A stretch of 61,933 nucleotides of DNA, filler included, from Asterionella formosa (lineage: Eukaryota): the NCBI GenBank assembly GCA_002256025.1. It is 12 parts of 12 records of this genome, joined end to end, with 100 filler letters (N's around TTAATTAATTAA, not from the genome) between each part and the next. Parts side by side here need not be neighbours in the genome. Positions count along the whole stretch, not along the records: positions 1 to 5,091 come from NKIB01013223.1; positions 5,192 to 10,274 come from NKIB01013224.1; positions 10,375 to 15,454 come from NKIB01013226.1; 9 more parts are not named here. One strand, given 5' to 3'. Both the position numbers and the translations under genes were made by a program. The notes beneath the pieces are model-generated. The model was not told the DNA's origin and did no database searches. It saw only the letters and a program-made list of their open reading frames with translations. Below are positions 1 through 11,600 of this stretch, piece by piece (the first letter of the stretch is position 1; the number at the start of each line of letters is the position of its first letter).

Positions 1-749
1 GCCTGACTGCCGAGCCGTGCACTTCGAATGGCTGGGGAACAGTCATCTCACCAACAATCCAACGTGCATTACAGTTATGTCAAGAACCACAAAGAAATAC
101 ATACGTACTATACTATAGCATGCTGGTGATGATCAATGATGCTGGCTGGCTTTCACGAGTCACACGAACTCTGGACTCGATTTCAGTCCAAGGAGTCAAA
201 GAAACAGTTCTTCACCTGCAATGCCTCCCGAAGGAGCTTGCTATTGAGATCAAGGAAGACTTCACCTAAGCCAACAGAACAAACATTTCCTCTGTCAGGT
301 GTTAAAGAGAGCAATAGTGAATAGGTGCTTGATGTGGTCTTTGATTGATGGGGAGCGAATCAAAGAACAACAAACAACCAAAATACTGGCAGCATAGTAT
401 GGTACTGAATAAGTCTCCACCTGTTGTGGGGGAACAAGAAAGACTTGATCATATCCTATCATATCTATGCAGGAATTCAAAACTGATGCATCTACTGGTC
501 AAGTACTATCATTGTCATTGTTGATTCAAAAAACCTTTGGTCCAATATTGATCACTTCATTCTTGTTGTCATGATAATCACGACACCTTTGGTCCGATAT
601 TGATCCACCTGTTCGTCGGTTTGCACTGATAATGACATGATTGCTTGTAAACCAGGAACGGTATCACAAGCAAAAGTGTAAAGACGATCTTGCACCTGCG
701 TTTCAACTCATTACCAATCAAGAATTTAGCAGTTTTATAGATTCTATAC

Positions 750-985
750 TAGTACATAATATGTGTAGATTTCCAACATGGTTTAAGGAATGGAAAATTA
801 TCAAAATAGTCTGGAGGGAAGCCTGGAGGGATATGCACATCATTGTAGCCAGCCCATAACCATTGAATTTTCGTGATACTTCTTTTGGTGATACAATTTT
901 GTTTTTGTTTTTGTGGAGAATGGATTTTTTCAGTAGCCATTATGTGATCCCTTTTCAAAAAATATGATAGCAAATCGAAAATGAT
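750..985 (-). repeat. Diverged partial copy of the left end of the Harbinger-type element at 24679
   Basis: The reverse complement aligns by eye with 24690-24915 (shared tcattttcgatttg, aaaatccattctccaca, gtatcacgaaaattcaa and gggctggctaca blocks). Confidence 0.75.
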
Positions 986-1197
986 GCGTAAAATTTGTTG
1001 TAAATGGCTCCCTTAGCATCTTGTTTGAGTTTGAACATGTGAAATACTCCATGTGGTACCAGCAAGTAGTGTGAGTACCCTGGTACATGGTACCTGGTAC
1101 CTTGTACTCCTCCACCAGCCAGGTGTCATACCAGAATACCCGCCCCATTTCTGATGTGACAGATCTGTTCGAAGTACCACCAGGGTACACAGTACCT

Positions 1198-1287
1198 GCA
1201 AGTTGCGGTAATTTTGGTTAAACTAACGTTTTAATCTGGGATAAAGATAGCTAAATCTTTAGTTTCAGCAAAATTACCGCACCTTGC
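1198..1287. mobile_element. ~90-bp MITE-like element (family A)
   Basis: TIR gcaagttgcggtaattttg ... caaaattaccgcaccttgc around a ggataaagatagctaaa core; further copies at 6592, 6716, ~20097 and 57733. Confidence 0.8.
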
Positions 1288-1302
1288 TGGTACCATGGCA
1301 AG

Positions 1303-1455
1303 TAAATCAACCCAAGTTTTATTTTTCTGTACATAGGCTTCAAGTACAGTTCTTGATCACCGTAAAAGAACAGTACTATACAAAAAAGAAGAAATCAACC
1401 CAGTTGCACTGATGGTTGATTTGTACTTCCTTTATGGCTGAAAAATCAACTCTGA
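1303..1455. repeat. Dispersed repeat (family B) with aaatcaac motifs
   Basis: Aligns with 57445-57634 (aaatcaacccaagtt, aatcaaccc.gttgca.tga.ggttgattt, gaaaaatcaactctga). Confidence 0.8.
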
Positions 1456-1501
1456 TAAATCGGAGAACAGCCAGTATGCATAAATATACCGGGTATACAC
1501 C

Positions 1502-1530
1502 TTAAGGTTCCTGCATTTCAACCCTAACGC
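1502..1530 (+). mobile_element. Terminus of a TTAA-flanked TIR element
   Basis: ttaa|ggttcctgcatttcaaccc matches the reverse complement of 31396-31418 with one mismatch. Confidence 0.55.
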
Positions 1531-2149
1531 TAAAATGCTTAGGGTTGCCGAAATTCCCTGGAACTAAGAATTTATAGGAGCTATTTTTGAATGACACCCA
1601 TGATTCCATTTGAAATATTCAAATCAGTGGAAATTTGTGCGTACGTACATAGATTCCTTTTGAAATAGCTAAATATATATAGAGACATTGTAGATCGCTA
1701 TATGTAAATATACCAACGATTATTTTTCTTATAAACGACCCGGTGGCTCGGCAAATATTTGTAAGTGCACTCAACGAATGGTACACGTATGATGTCCAAT
1801 GATGATAATCTACTGGCACACGCACTGGATATAGTACCAGCTTGCCCGTACACCCAAAAAAATGTTACATTTGTATCCAATGTGGCTGGTGTGGGTTTTC
1901 AATTCCTCGTATACTACACACCTATCCTGACAGTATTCATTGTTAGTTATAAGATAACTTGAGTGGTCACCTTATGTTTGACCATTGGTTCACATCTGGA
2001 TGCATGGCTGGCTGCAATCATGATTGTATGTGCACTGCCACAACCGCTTCTAGTAAAATATTGTGCACAATTTTTTTTTATTCACACACTTTTTTCTTGA
2101 TGCATTATACAATTGACTTCAGCAATGCGAAGACGATCTTTTGTTAAAT

Positions 2150-2541
2150 ATTGACACTAGTCATTTTTGATTTCTTGATGCATGATAGGGTTGCCTTCAA
2201 CTTCAACTATATAAAGACAATTTTGTGTTAAAAATTGACACCAGTCCCGCTTGGTTTTTTGATGAATCACATGATTGCCTTCAACTTCAACTATATAATG
2301 ACAATTTTGTGTTAAAAACTAACACCAGTCCCGCTTGGGTTTTTGATGCATCACATGATTGCCTTCAACTTAAACTATTTATAGAATTCATTTTTGTGTT
2401 AGAAAAATGACACGAGTCCCGCTTGATTTCTTGATGCATCACATGATTGCCTTCAACTTAAACTATTTATAAAAGCGATTTTGTGTTAGAAAATTGACAC
2501 CAGTCACGCTTGTTTTCTTGAATATAACATGATTGCCTTCA
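2150..2541. repeat. Tandem repeat, unit ~87-88 bp, about 4.5 copies
   Basis: Unit approximately tgacaccagtcccgcttg...tgatgcatcacatgattgccttcaactt.aactat...ttttgtgtta, repeated head-to-tail without unique spacers. Confidence 0.9.
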
Positions 2542-3449
2542 GCGCTCTTGTATCATGATAGAATCCATGCTTGGGGATGTGCTTGAGACGATCTTAGAAT
2601 GATTATTGACTCTCAAAGTAAGTCGAAACCTAGTAAATCGATTGGTCTGTGTTGCTTTCTTTTTACAATTCTAACTGTTGCTGCCACACATCGAGCATAG
2701 AGCAAATTGCAATCACCATCAAATTTTCCTTGGTCAAAGTCTCTTGATCTCCTGGATGATACGTGAGCTTAAGGAGTCTATTCCTGGTCTTGAGACAGTA
2801 TCCGAAAGTCCATTAAAAAATGCTGAACGGTTTTGTCAAGCATCAGAGCATCCACTGATGCTGACACTGAAAGCTATCCTGGCTGAAGAAGAAGAAAAAG
2901 TTGCACATCCAACCATATCACCATGCTGGTGGCATCATCAAAACTGTTATTGGGATGATCATCTGAGAGTAGTACTTCAACGTTCATCCATTTGGACAAG
3001 GATATTCCTGTAAGGCACCTTTGGAGTATAAAGAAGGTATTTCTTGCTGAAGAAGGGTAGGCAAGCAATGTCATGGAATTAATTAACAGCAATCAACAAA
3101 GGTTCCACGGAGCTTCCATGAATCTCATCTTCCTTGCTCAAAAGACTCAAGATGTCGAACTGGTATGAATGTATGAAAGGTGCTATTCTTGATGTTTAAT
3201 AGGTTGCAATCTTGGATCAATGGGACCACTGGGACTTCAGAATAGATCAACATTGTTAATTCTAATTTGACTCTTTTTGAATTCAAAGTGAAGTATCTAA
3301 CAAGAAGTAGTAGTATTTGTTGAATGTTTGAGTTTATTAGTTTATCGTTGTGTGCAACTCGATCTCCTACTAGGTTGACACTAAAGTATTAAATAGGTGT
3401 TAGTCGAGTTCTCTCCTGATATAGTTCTGATATATCTATGTAAACTTTA

Positions 3450-4400
3450 CCCTATCGGTGTGTCTGTAGTGGAGCAAGACCGCTCACCTGGTACAGTTAT
3501 AAATGGCTTTGAGCCACGTTATTATATAGTTTTCCGACTAATTCTAGAAGTATGCTATAGAAGATTTCCTGCTCGCTTGTACCACGTTGCCATTGTTTTC
3601 GTTTGTGCTATAGTCCACTCAGCTGTTTGTTTGTTAGCTATCTGATTGCATAAACCTTGTTTGCAAGCGCCATGTGTGCATCTATTTTCCGATTCTCTCG
3701 CTCACTCTGCACTTCTTCTGCATGTCTCTTCCTTTTTAGTTGGTCATTGGCCGACCACTTCAGGACCAAACAAGTACCTGCCTGCAGTGGCATGACGACC
3801 AGATGTGCATCGTTTATCGCTTGCAATAGCCATTAGTACTGTTTCTTTTCGTTGGCAGGCAAGTTCATCCAGATTTATTCCGTTTCTAGCGTCCTCACAA
3901 TTGCGATACTGTACGACCTAATCAACAAGGGTTCCAGTGATGCCTTGGCTTGCTCAAGTTTAGTCTGTATGGGGGAATGGAAGAGGCGGGTTGGTTATTG
4001 TTTGCTTCTGTTCGCAGATTTGTGGTACTTGTCAGTTGAATTTCCGGATGGAGTAACAAGTTGTAGTTCAATGAACCCCAACCTCTTTCTGCAACAGCTT
4101 TCTGGTTTGTAGCGATATGGGCAAAGGAGGCAATTCATCCCATGCTTTCGACACCAGGTCAACAATATCTTCCTTTTCAACAGCAAATGCAGCATGGAGC
4201 CTTTCTTTTTGGGTGAGTATGTCTCTCATGCATTTCGTGAGTTGGATCTTTAAACTTGAATTTATAGTCAGGGTAGAAATTGATGAGCTATGTCCTGTCA
4301 ACGACTGTGAATCATTTATTGTCATAGTAGCATGTAATTTCAATAGTGAATTAGTTGCCTTTCTCGCCTGATTTAGCTTCTACAAATAGTACTGGACAAT
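3450..4400 (-). pseudogene. Degenerate pogo/DDE_1-like transposase C-terminal remnant
   Basis: Frame-shifted pieces DIVDLVSKAWDE and NQKAVAERGWGSLNYNLLLHPEIQ resemble the end of the DDE_1 domain; several stops. Recognised by eye. Confidence 0.45.
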
Positions 4401-5091
4401 AAGTTTTCTTTGCCAAGTCAGTGTAGCCGCCTTCGATGCAACAATATTCAATATTGCCCCACATAGCTAGTAGTAGTTTGCCAATGTTATATGCCTTTCA
4501 AGTTTCTAATTCCAAAACTATTTTTTCAAATAAGTGACGCTACAGTCTTATCCAAAGAAATGGGTATCACCTTGTACTTTTAGGGGGTTGAGGCTGCTTT
4601 CTTACTGTCGTAGGTTTCATCGTTGTTAATGAGATGACTGCGATTTGCCTCAATTTTTGGTGTGTTGGAAGCAATTTCTGCTGTGAATTACGGTCTCTGA
4701 CATGAAAATATGGCTCCATTTTTGGCCTTCAAGAAATATTGCATTCATTCACTACTAATTTACTCATTTATTGCTATATTACATGGTCCATGGCGGTTAA
4801 ACGCAACTAAATATATATTAGATATTAAGTTTTGTACACAAATGTGTATATGTATTTCCGGGAGATGCCGGCTCAATGGTATGATGTTTTTGCCACTTTT
4901 GGGCCGATCACTACTTTCTGACGCATTTATCTGATTATCTCAAACACAAGACGTAATCAACAAGTAGATATGTTGTATCCGGCGTAACATCAGGAACAAC
5001 TTTGTCATGCTAAATGTAGTCATAACTGGAAAATTAGAAAAATTCAATGTATACATTGTGAATATTATATCGTTAAGGTTGCAGCCCCGGC

Positions 5092-5191
5092 NNNNNNNNN
5101 NNNNNNNNNNNNNNNNNNNNNNNNNNNNNNNNNNNTTAATTAATTAANNNNNNNNNNNNNNNNNNNNNNNNNNNNNNNNNNNNNNNNNNNN
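5092..5191. other. Artificial contig linker (N44-TTAATTAATTAA-N44). Also at 10275-10374, 15455-15554, 20631-20730, 25806-25905, 30980-31079, 36144-36243, 41307-41406, 46469-46568, 51630-51729 and 56775-56874
   Basis: The same 100-nt spacer with a six-frame stop core recurs every ~5.16 kb, and contigs are almost sorted by decreasing length. Confidence 0.98.
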
Positions 5192-5340
5192 ATTACCAGG
5201 CTGTACATATTTGTTTGGCCATTTGTGTTGCCATGATGGACGACAGACTCACGATAAAAGAACAGAAGCACACATAATTTCATTTGATGCAATCGATGAA
5301 CACATCTTCAACTAACAACTAAAAGCAAACAGCAAGCAAC

Positions 5341-5858
5341 ATGGTTCATCCAAAGCAGTAAGTACAAGTTCCGAGTGAGCGTCGTAGATTCTCGACGGCG
5401 GCCTCACTGATTGCGACCTCCCTGAGACATTGATGATACTGGCTTTGATGGGTAGCAAACAGTATGAGAAGCGATGACAGTTGATGTGCATGGCATCAAC
5501 TCCAAAGAAAGATCCAAATTCGGCACCGGACTATAATTTATCAAGGCATGAGATGTTTATTCTGGTTGTTTTCGTTAGCTCCTTCGTGTTGACTCATTTC
5601 ATCTAAGCTTCTTTGTCGCTGAACCCTTTTGTCATCAAATAAAATAGAGACGACCACGGAAAAGGCGGAAAGGGAATGCCTGAAACAACCGGATTGCAAG
5701 AAGGCAGTGCAAAGCGCAATATCAATCGCAAACATGATCATGATCCTAGTCAGAAGGCCAAGCCTCAACACGGGGGAGCAGGTGGAAAGGGCAAGTGGAC
5801 CGATGTCGATGATGGGAGCATGATGGATAAGGACCTTGACAAAGAGGACGATGCATAA
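5341..5858 (+). CDS. 75-aa hydrophilic microprotein with a PDCD4/SERBP1/Stf2-type GGAGGKGKW motif; exons 5341-5357 and 5648-5858
   Basis: ATG follows a CA-rich leader; donor gtaagt at 5358, acceptor aaatag ending 5647. Splicing gives MVHPKQDDHGKGGKGMPETTGLQEGSAKRNINRKHDHDPSQKAKPQHGGAGGKGKWTDVDDGSMMDKDLDKEDDA*, in frame with ORF 5676..5858. Confidence 0.75.
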
Positions 5859-6591
5859 TCAACCCGAAAACAATATGGATACTAGAAAGAATCCGCATGA
5901 CCATAGATGAGAATGCCATATGCACCTGCCTCCACATAACATATGCAAGTTTATTCTACAAGTATCCTACTTCTACATGGTATCAACTAGCAACTAGTTG
6001 CGAGGTTCTAAGGGTTTTTCTTAAAGCAAGAACATAATCCAATATGGGTCTTCTCAACCAAGTCGTCACCTTTTCCACATCCCTAAAGGAATAGTTCTGT
6101 ATGACCATGATATCAACCATTGCGAAGACCAGCAAGTATCAGCCTCAACACGAACCTTCAAGTTGTTGTCTAGAGGTTCGGGACTACCCTCGATCTGATG
6201 ATATTCGATCTGCCGTGACTCGTACATACGTAACAGTTTCTACTTACTTGATGCCAAGAGGAGCACCTGCTGTGCTGATTGGGACTTCGATCAATTCTTG
6301 CTGGTGTGAACGCTGCGAAGCAACAACATGATGATACGTATGTATGTATAATATGTTCAGCGAGGAACTACCAGTAGTGTTCTGCCCGCTCGTCCTCCGC
6401 AGCAGGGGGAGGAACAAATGGATCGAAGGACACCGAATTCCGCCCAATTTTCTCAAATCGGTTGACACTAGAGATGTCACAAAAAGTTGATGGCGTCGTG
6501 GAAAAATGCATTGCTTGTTGCATGTAGCGTGAACAATAAACGAAACACATGCATTCCTATTGGGTACCAGGGTACCTGGTACCTGGTACCA

Positions 6592-6807
6592 GCAAGTTGC
6601 GGTCATTTTGCTTAAATAAACAATTTAATCTCGGATAAAGATAGCTAAAGCTGTAGCTGAGCAAAATTACCGCAACTTGCAGGCTTCGGGTAGTCTACCT
6701 GGTACCAGTACCTGTGCAAGTTGTGGTAATTTTGCTGAAACTAAAAGTTTAGATATCTTTATCCCATATATTAAATTGTTAGTTTCAGCAAAATTACCGC
6801 AACTTGC
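6592..6807. mobile_element. Two adjacent family A MITE-like copies in opposite orientation (6592-6680 and 6716-6807)
   Basis: Both carry gcaagttg..gt.attttgct / agcaaaattaccgcaacttgc TIRs; the core reads ggataaagat in one and atctttatcc in the other. Confidence 0.8.
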
Positions 6808-7386
6808 CCTAGTAAGTACAGTAATTTGGAATTTTTTTTTGACAAAAAATTAATATGATATTAAATGTTAAACCTAAATAAAATAAATACAGACTGTACT
6901 GCACTACCGGTAGGTCCGAGGGACCTGGTACAGTGATTTACAAGTACTGGTACCAGGTACTACTTTTCGCTCATGCTTCTATCATACCGGTACTAATGTT
7001 CAAAATCATTCATGCTGGCATATGATATGATGACATTGGACATCCTACTGTACATAATAAATACCGGTACAAGGTACTACCGGTATTTGACCACTCACCG
7101 GCATTCTTTACATCGACGAGTTACGAGGTACCAGGTAAATTAAGATACTAGGTACATACAGTACTATACCTGGTACTTAGTACCTGGTACCAGGTACCTG
7201 GTTCCTAGTACTGGCATAAATGATGTCTGATAGATTTTCGTCACACCATCATATCGGTCTCTCTGATGGATTTCTCGTCGACACTCTCTCACAATCAATA
7301 CTGACACTGCATCCTTGATCGCTTTCGATCAAACGTCTCACTATACATCCATACCTCTCATCTCTCCGTCAGGAAACGTAACAATC

Positions 7387-9088
7387 ATGGCTGAATTTGC
7401 AAAACGACCTGAAGTGACAGTTGAAACCATGGTACGTGCAGCATCCAGTCCACCTCCTGATGAGCTTATATAGTCCCTATGTAATTACGAACATTATCGT
7501 GTGTTCGCTTCGCTGAAGATCCAAACTTTCAAATTCCGATTATAGATTTTGTTCTGTTGGAGTCATCAACAGCTAACTTTTTCCTTCACTTATCAATTCG
7601 TCAGGGCAAAGTCCACAATCCTACTGGGGAAGGCGTTCGTGCCGTTAGCGCGCAGGTCCAGCTGAAGTCGGCAAAGTTGACCCGTCAGTTGACCGATCCA
7701 GAGACTGATGATACACCTCCGCCAATGGCACAAATTAGTGTGCGCAAGACAGACGATCTCGAAACCAAAGTCAAGGAAGACGGGTCAAGTAGACGAAACA
7801 TTATTCGCAAGAAAACAACGGTCGCCGATGGCAATTATTCTGCCAAAAACAAGAAACAAGGTGGCCACGGTAAGGGGAAATGGGACGACCTTATGGATGG
7901 GAGTTTGGATGAATTCGTGCCCGCCATGGACGAAAACGATCCTCTCTATGACGAGACGGAGCAAGCTCCGTATATCTTGTCAAGTGGTGGGGCGGGAGAT
8001 AAGCTAGATGGGATCTATCATGCACATTCGGATAGGCCCATTTACGGAAACTTGTTGACTTTGCCAGAATTCAAGATCCGATTGATGGAGTCGCTTAGAG
8101 AATACTTCGACTCTGCGGACGGAGACGAAGTAATTCGATCAATTGAAGAACTCAAATCTAAAGAATATCATCCGGAAGTAGTCAAGAAAGCCATTTCCTT
8201 GTCGTTGGATGAAGGACCACGAGAGCGAGAGTTGGTCTCCCGGTTGCTGACACTCTTACACCCAACGCCTCTTTCCGATGAGGACATGGCAGCGGGATTC
8301 GAAAAACTTTTGGACTCATTGGAGGATTTGAGCATCGATATTCCAGATGCGAAGGTAAGCGCGGTAGTCGTTGTCGTGTTTGCTTTTCCATTCCAAACAT
8401 GGTATTCTCACCTCGACGATTCTTAAAGTGCATGGTTGGATCGTTCTTGGCTCGAGCTGTGGTTGATGAAGTTTTGCCTCCTGCCTTCTTGTCGACCGCT
8501 AACAATGATCGCCCCGGTGATCTTGTCATTGAAAAGGCGGTGTCGCTCTTGAGCAGAGAACATTGCACAGCTCGATTGGAACGAGTGTGGGGTCCGGGAG
8601 ATGGGAGGCCAGTGGCAGAGTTGAAAGTAGTCTTGGATCAACTTCTCAAGGAATATTTGCTGAGTCGAGAGTTGGACGAAGCGGCTAGATGCGTTCGCGA
8701 ACTGCAGGCGTCGCATTTTCATCACGAGCTCGTAAAGCGGGGTGTCACGCATGCCATGGAGTTTGCTGAGCCAAAGGAATCTTTGGATGCCATGGTAGCG
8801 CTGTTCGCGTTTTTGGTTGAAAATGCCATAGTTTCTGAATACCAAGTGGCTAAGGGTGTTGCTCGTCTCAAGAAACTGTTGCCAGACTTATCTCTCGATA
8901 TTCCCTCTGCACCTGAATTGTTGAAGGACTTTGAAGATATGGCCAGGGAACGTGGTTGTCTGCCGACTCCATCAGGACAGAATGGTGTAGGCGAGCGTTC
9001 ACTTTCCGTCGAAGAGAATGGTGTAGGCGAGCTGTCACTTTCCGTGGAAGAGATTGGAGTCGCCGACCAGAATTTCGATTCAGATTGA
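7387..9088 (+). CDS. PDCD4: PDCD4-like protein with tandem MA3 domains, ~484 aa; exons 7387-7431, 7605-8354, 8429-9088
   Basis: Motifs KKQGGHGKGKW, DENDPLYD, LREYFDSAD, SLSLDEGPRERELVSRLL, IDIPDA, FLARAVVDEVLPPAFL and LLKEYLLSRELDEAARCVRELQASHFHHELVKRG. Two frame-preserving GT-AG introns; gctaac branch point in intron 1. Confidence 0.9.
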
Positions 9089-9984
9089 GTCTTGATAATT
9101 CGAAACTCCTGCATATAGTGACATTTTACGATGCATGTGTTTATACCATCCCAAGGTTCCATGAACATAAATTCTGTGAATGCGTCACACAACTGAAAAT
9201 ACTTCCACCATAAAAGGGCCACTAGGGCGTACTGAAATCAATCTAATAATACAAACTGATATTGCTCACGTCCACTTGTCACTACCCCTTCTCTAGCCAG
9301 TTGAAAATTCTTTCAAGAGCAATACATTTTTCCAGGGCAAGCAACTTCTGAACATCGGAATCCGCAAAATTTTAAGTGATCCATGTGCGAGATGTGACAC
9401 ACTAAAGCAGATCTTTGACTCGCGTTGTCATGTCTCTGATCGAATAACGGATTTTAGATGGTGAAATGCAAACGAGTCCAACCTTGGAGACTGACGCCAA
9501 AGAGACCGAGACAAATGTGGAATTAGACAATGACAACCAAGTTCAGTGGCAACCGACGACTTAACACACCCAATAACACAACGAAAGCATTGTCAGTGTC
9601 TGGCCCTAAAACTAATCGATTGGCGACCTCAAGGGTCGCTGTGCCCACCATGTATGGGATTGCAGCTGGCATAAGTTGACAGTGTCGAATTCGAGTATGT
9701 CGGCATCGCCATGCACTTTTAAGACTGAAACTCGCTGAGATTTCCTCCAGTGGATTTGCAGAATTGTTCAAAATAGCGTCATGACAAGATCGGGTGCCGA
9801 AAAGCACGCAACCTGGACATTTAAACTCCAAGTTATTCCGGCATTAGGAGAACTTTTTGCGTATTTGATGCTAGTTTGGGTAAGATTAAATTTTTTTCAT
9901 TACAGTATTGCTGATGCAGTATATCACTTGAACTGGCAAGCAGTTCATTGTTGGCACATTGCAATTACGTATTGTTTCCACAAA

Positions 9985-10274
9985 TCAAACTCGTAAAGCT
10001 GTCGAGGTATAGTTTTGAATAGTACAATTCTCACCACATTTATTGGGGATCACGATATTTAAGAACACCCACCAAGACGAACCGACGATGCCTACCATGG
10101 ATAGAATAACAGCCGCGATATACAATACAACTTGGATGCGAATGTGCTGTGGCACAGGTCTGTCAAAGTGCGAATGATCGATTGGATAATGCTCATTCAA
10201 TTGCTTCATCTCATCTCCTTCCGTAACTTCCGCATGGCCTGAGATCAACTCATGGATACTTGGGGCCACGCAGT
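9985..10274 (-). CDS. 3' fragment of a probable membrane protein, cut by the contig end
   Basis: Open frame from the contig edge containing a hydrophobic helix (VVLYIAAVILSMVGIVGSSWWVFL). Confidence 0.35.
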
Positions 10275-10374
10275 NNNNNNNNNNNNNNNNNNNNNNNNNN
10301 NNNNNNNNNNNNNNNNNNTTAATTAATTAANNNNNNNNNNNNNNNNNNNNNNNNNNNNNNNNNNNNNNNNNNNN

Positions 10375-11600
10375 ATTCCATTATCATAATCATTTTGGAA
10401 CATGCTGAAAATTGATTGTGTCCGGTTTACTAATTCAATAAAGATGGAAAGATCACCTTGACGTTGATCATTGGTTTCCAGTAATATGTCCCATGTTGAT
10501 TTATTCATCCATGGGACCAAGGGCATTGGAAATTCCATTGAATTGTGGATAACTCCATTCTTCAAAATAATATTTCGTTCTGTCGAAGACGAAGACATTA
10601 AATTGTCATTTACACGAAAAGGGTCTAATTGAATCTCAAGTGGATACCCAGCCATGGATGTAAGTACCAATCCACTATACAGATCTGCCATGACCCAAGC
10701 GTGACCCATGACAGTGATTCCTTGAAACATGTTGAGCTAGAATTGAAATTGAAAAGGATTAGTTTTTGTGAATTCCTGGTGAGCGAAATATGTCATGAGA
10801 CGAGACTCAAGCATTTGAAAGCTTACCACATGACCATTCCATGACGACTTGAATATTTTAGCAATCAGTGACACATCTACATTTCCTAGGAGAGTAGCTG
10901 TATTGGTAAATCCAAAATAGGTGAAGTTTACATCCGTTCGATTGAGCATTTCCAAAAATGGTTTCCCAGCATCTAACTTAGTTATCGAGGGTCCTTCTTT
11001 GACATCATGAAATAAATATTCAGAAATCGTCCATTGATCATAGTGATTCTCGCCAATTGGTGAGCTAGCTGGTGACGCTGTTGCTGTACTGGATGTCGCA
11101 ATATTGCTTTCCATTGAGTGAAATAGGTTGGTAATCATGAAAGTTGCAAGTGATACAGATACCACCACCACCACCACCACGATAAATATGAACGAGGATA
11201 ATGGCAGTCGACGATTGTTGGATCTCACTTTGACTCCTTCAATCACAAATTGTGCAGCATTGTCGTCAGTTTCAGTTGTTATTACTTCGGCAACGAATGG
11301 ATCACCATGAGATTGGTGTATGCCGTCGTCGTCAGTTGTTGATGTTGCTGTTGGTGCCTCTTCGTCTTGGACGTTTGTATCATTTTGTGCCCACGATGGA
11401 ATTTCTCCTCGAGCTCGTCGATGGCTGAAATACGCTCCAGGCTGCATTTGCACTTGCACTTGTTCTGCTTTACATTCTGATGGAATTGGTGATGCAGCTG
11501 GGATTATCTTGGAGGAGGCGGACTCGTTATGATGGATTGCTGCCACAATAGCATGACATTCAGTCGCTTTGTCCTTTGAGGATGGCATCGTCGTATGCAA
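10375..11600 (-). CDS. Single-pass membrane protein with FAS1 (fasciclin)-like region, 3' truncated; intron 10737-10826
   Basis: Low-complexity N-terminus, poly-Val transmembrane segment, NFTYFGFTN and ILKNGVIH motifs resembling FAS1 H1/H2, and an in-frame gtaagc...ctag intron. Confidence 0.6.

Noticed and set aside
2150..2541. CRISPR-like array
   Set aside because: The whole unit is repeated with no unique spacers, there are no cas genes, and the context is eukaryotic.
5358..5647. Intronic C/D-box snoRNA in the microprotein intron
   Set aside because: A TGATGA is present near 5431, but there is no suitably placed D box with a terminal stem.
6000..6606. Minus-strand gene between the microprotein and PDCD4
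   Set aside because: An ATG and a gtaagt donor exist, but an early in-frame TGA and the lack of a convincing downstream exon leave it unsupported.
8423..9222. Antisense or overlapping ORFs here and over other real genes (e.g. 32125-33135, 50477-51053, 54852-55492)
   Set aside because: Shadow frames of genuine CDSs with no independent motifs.
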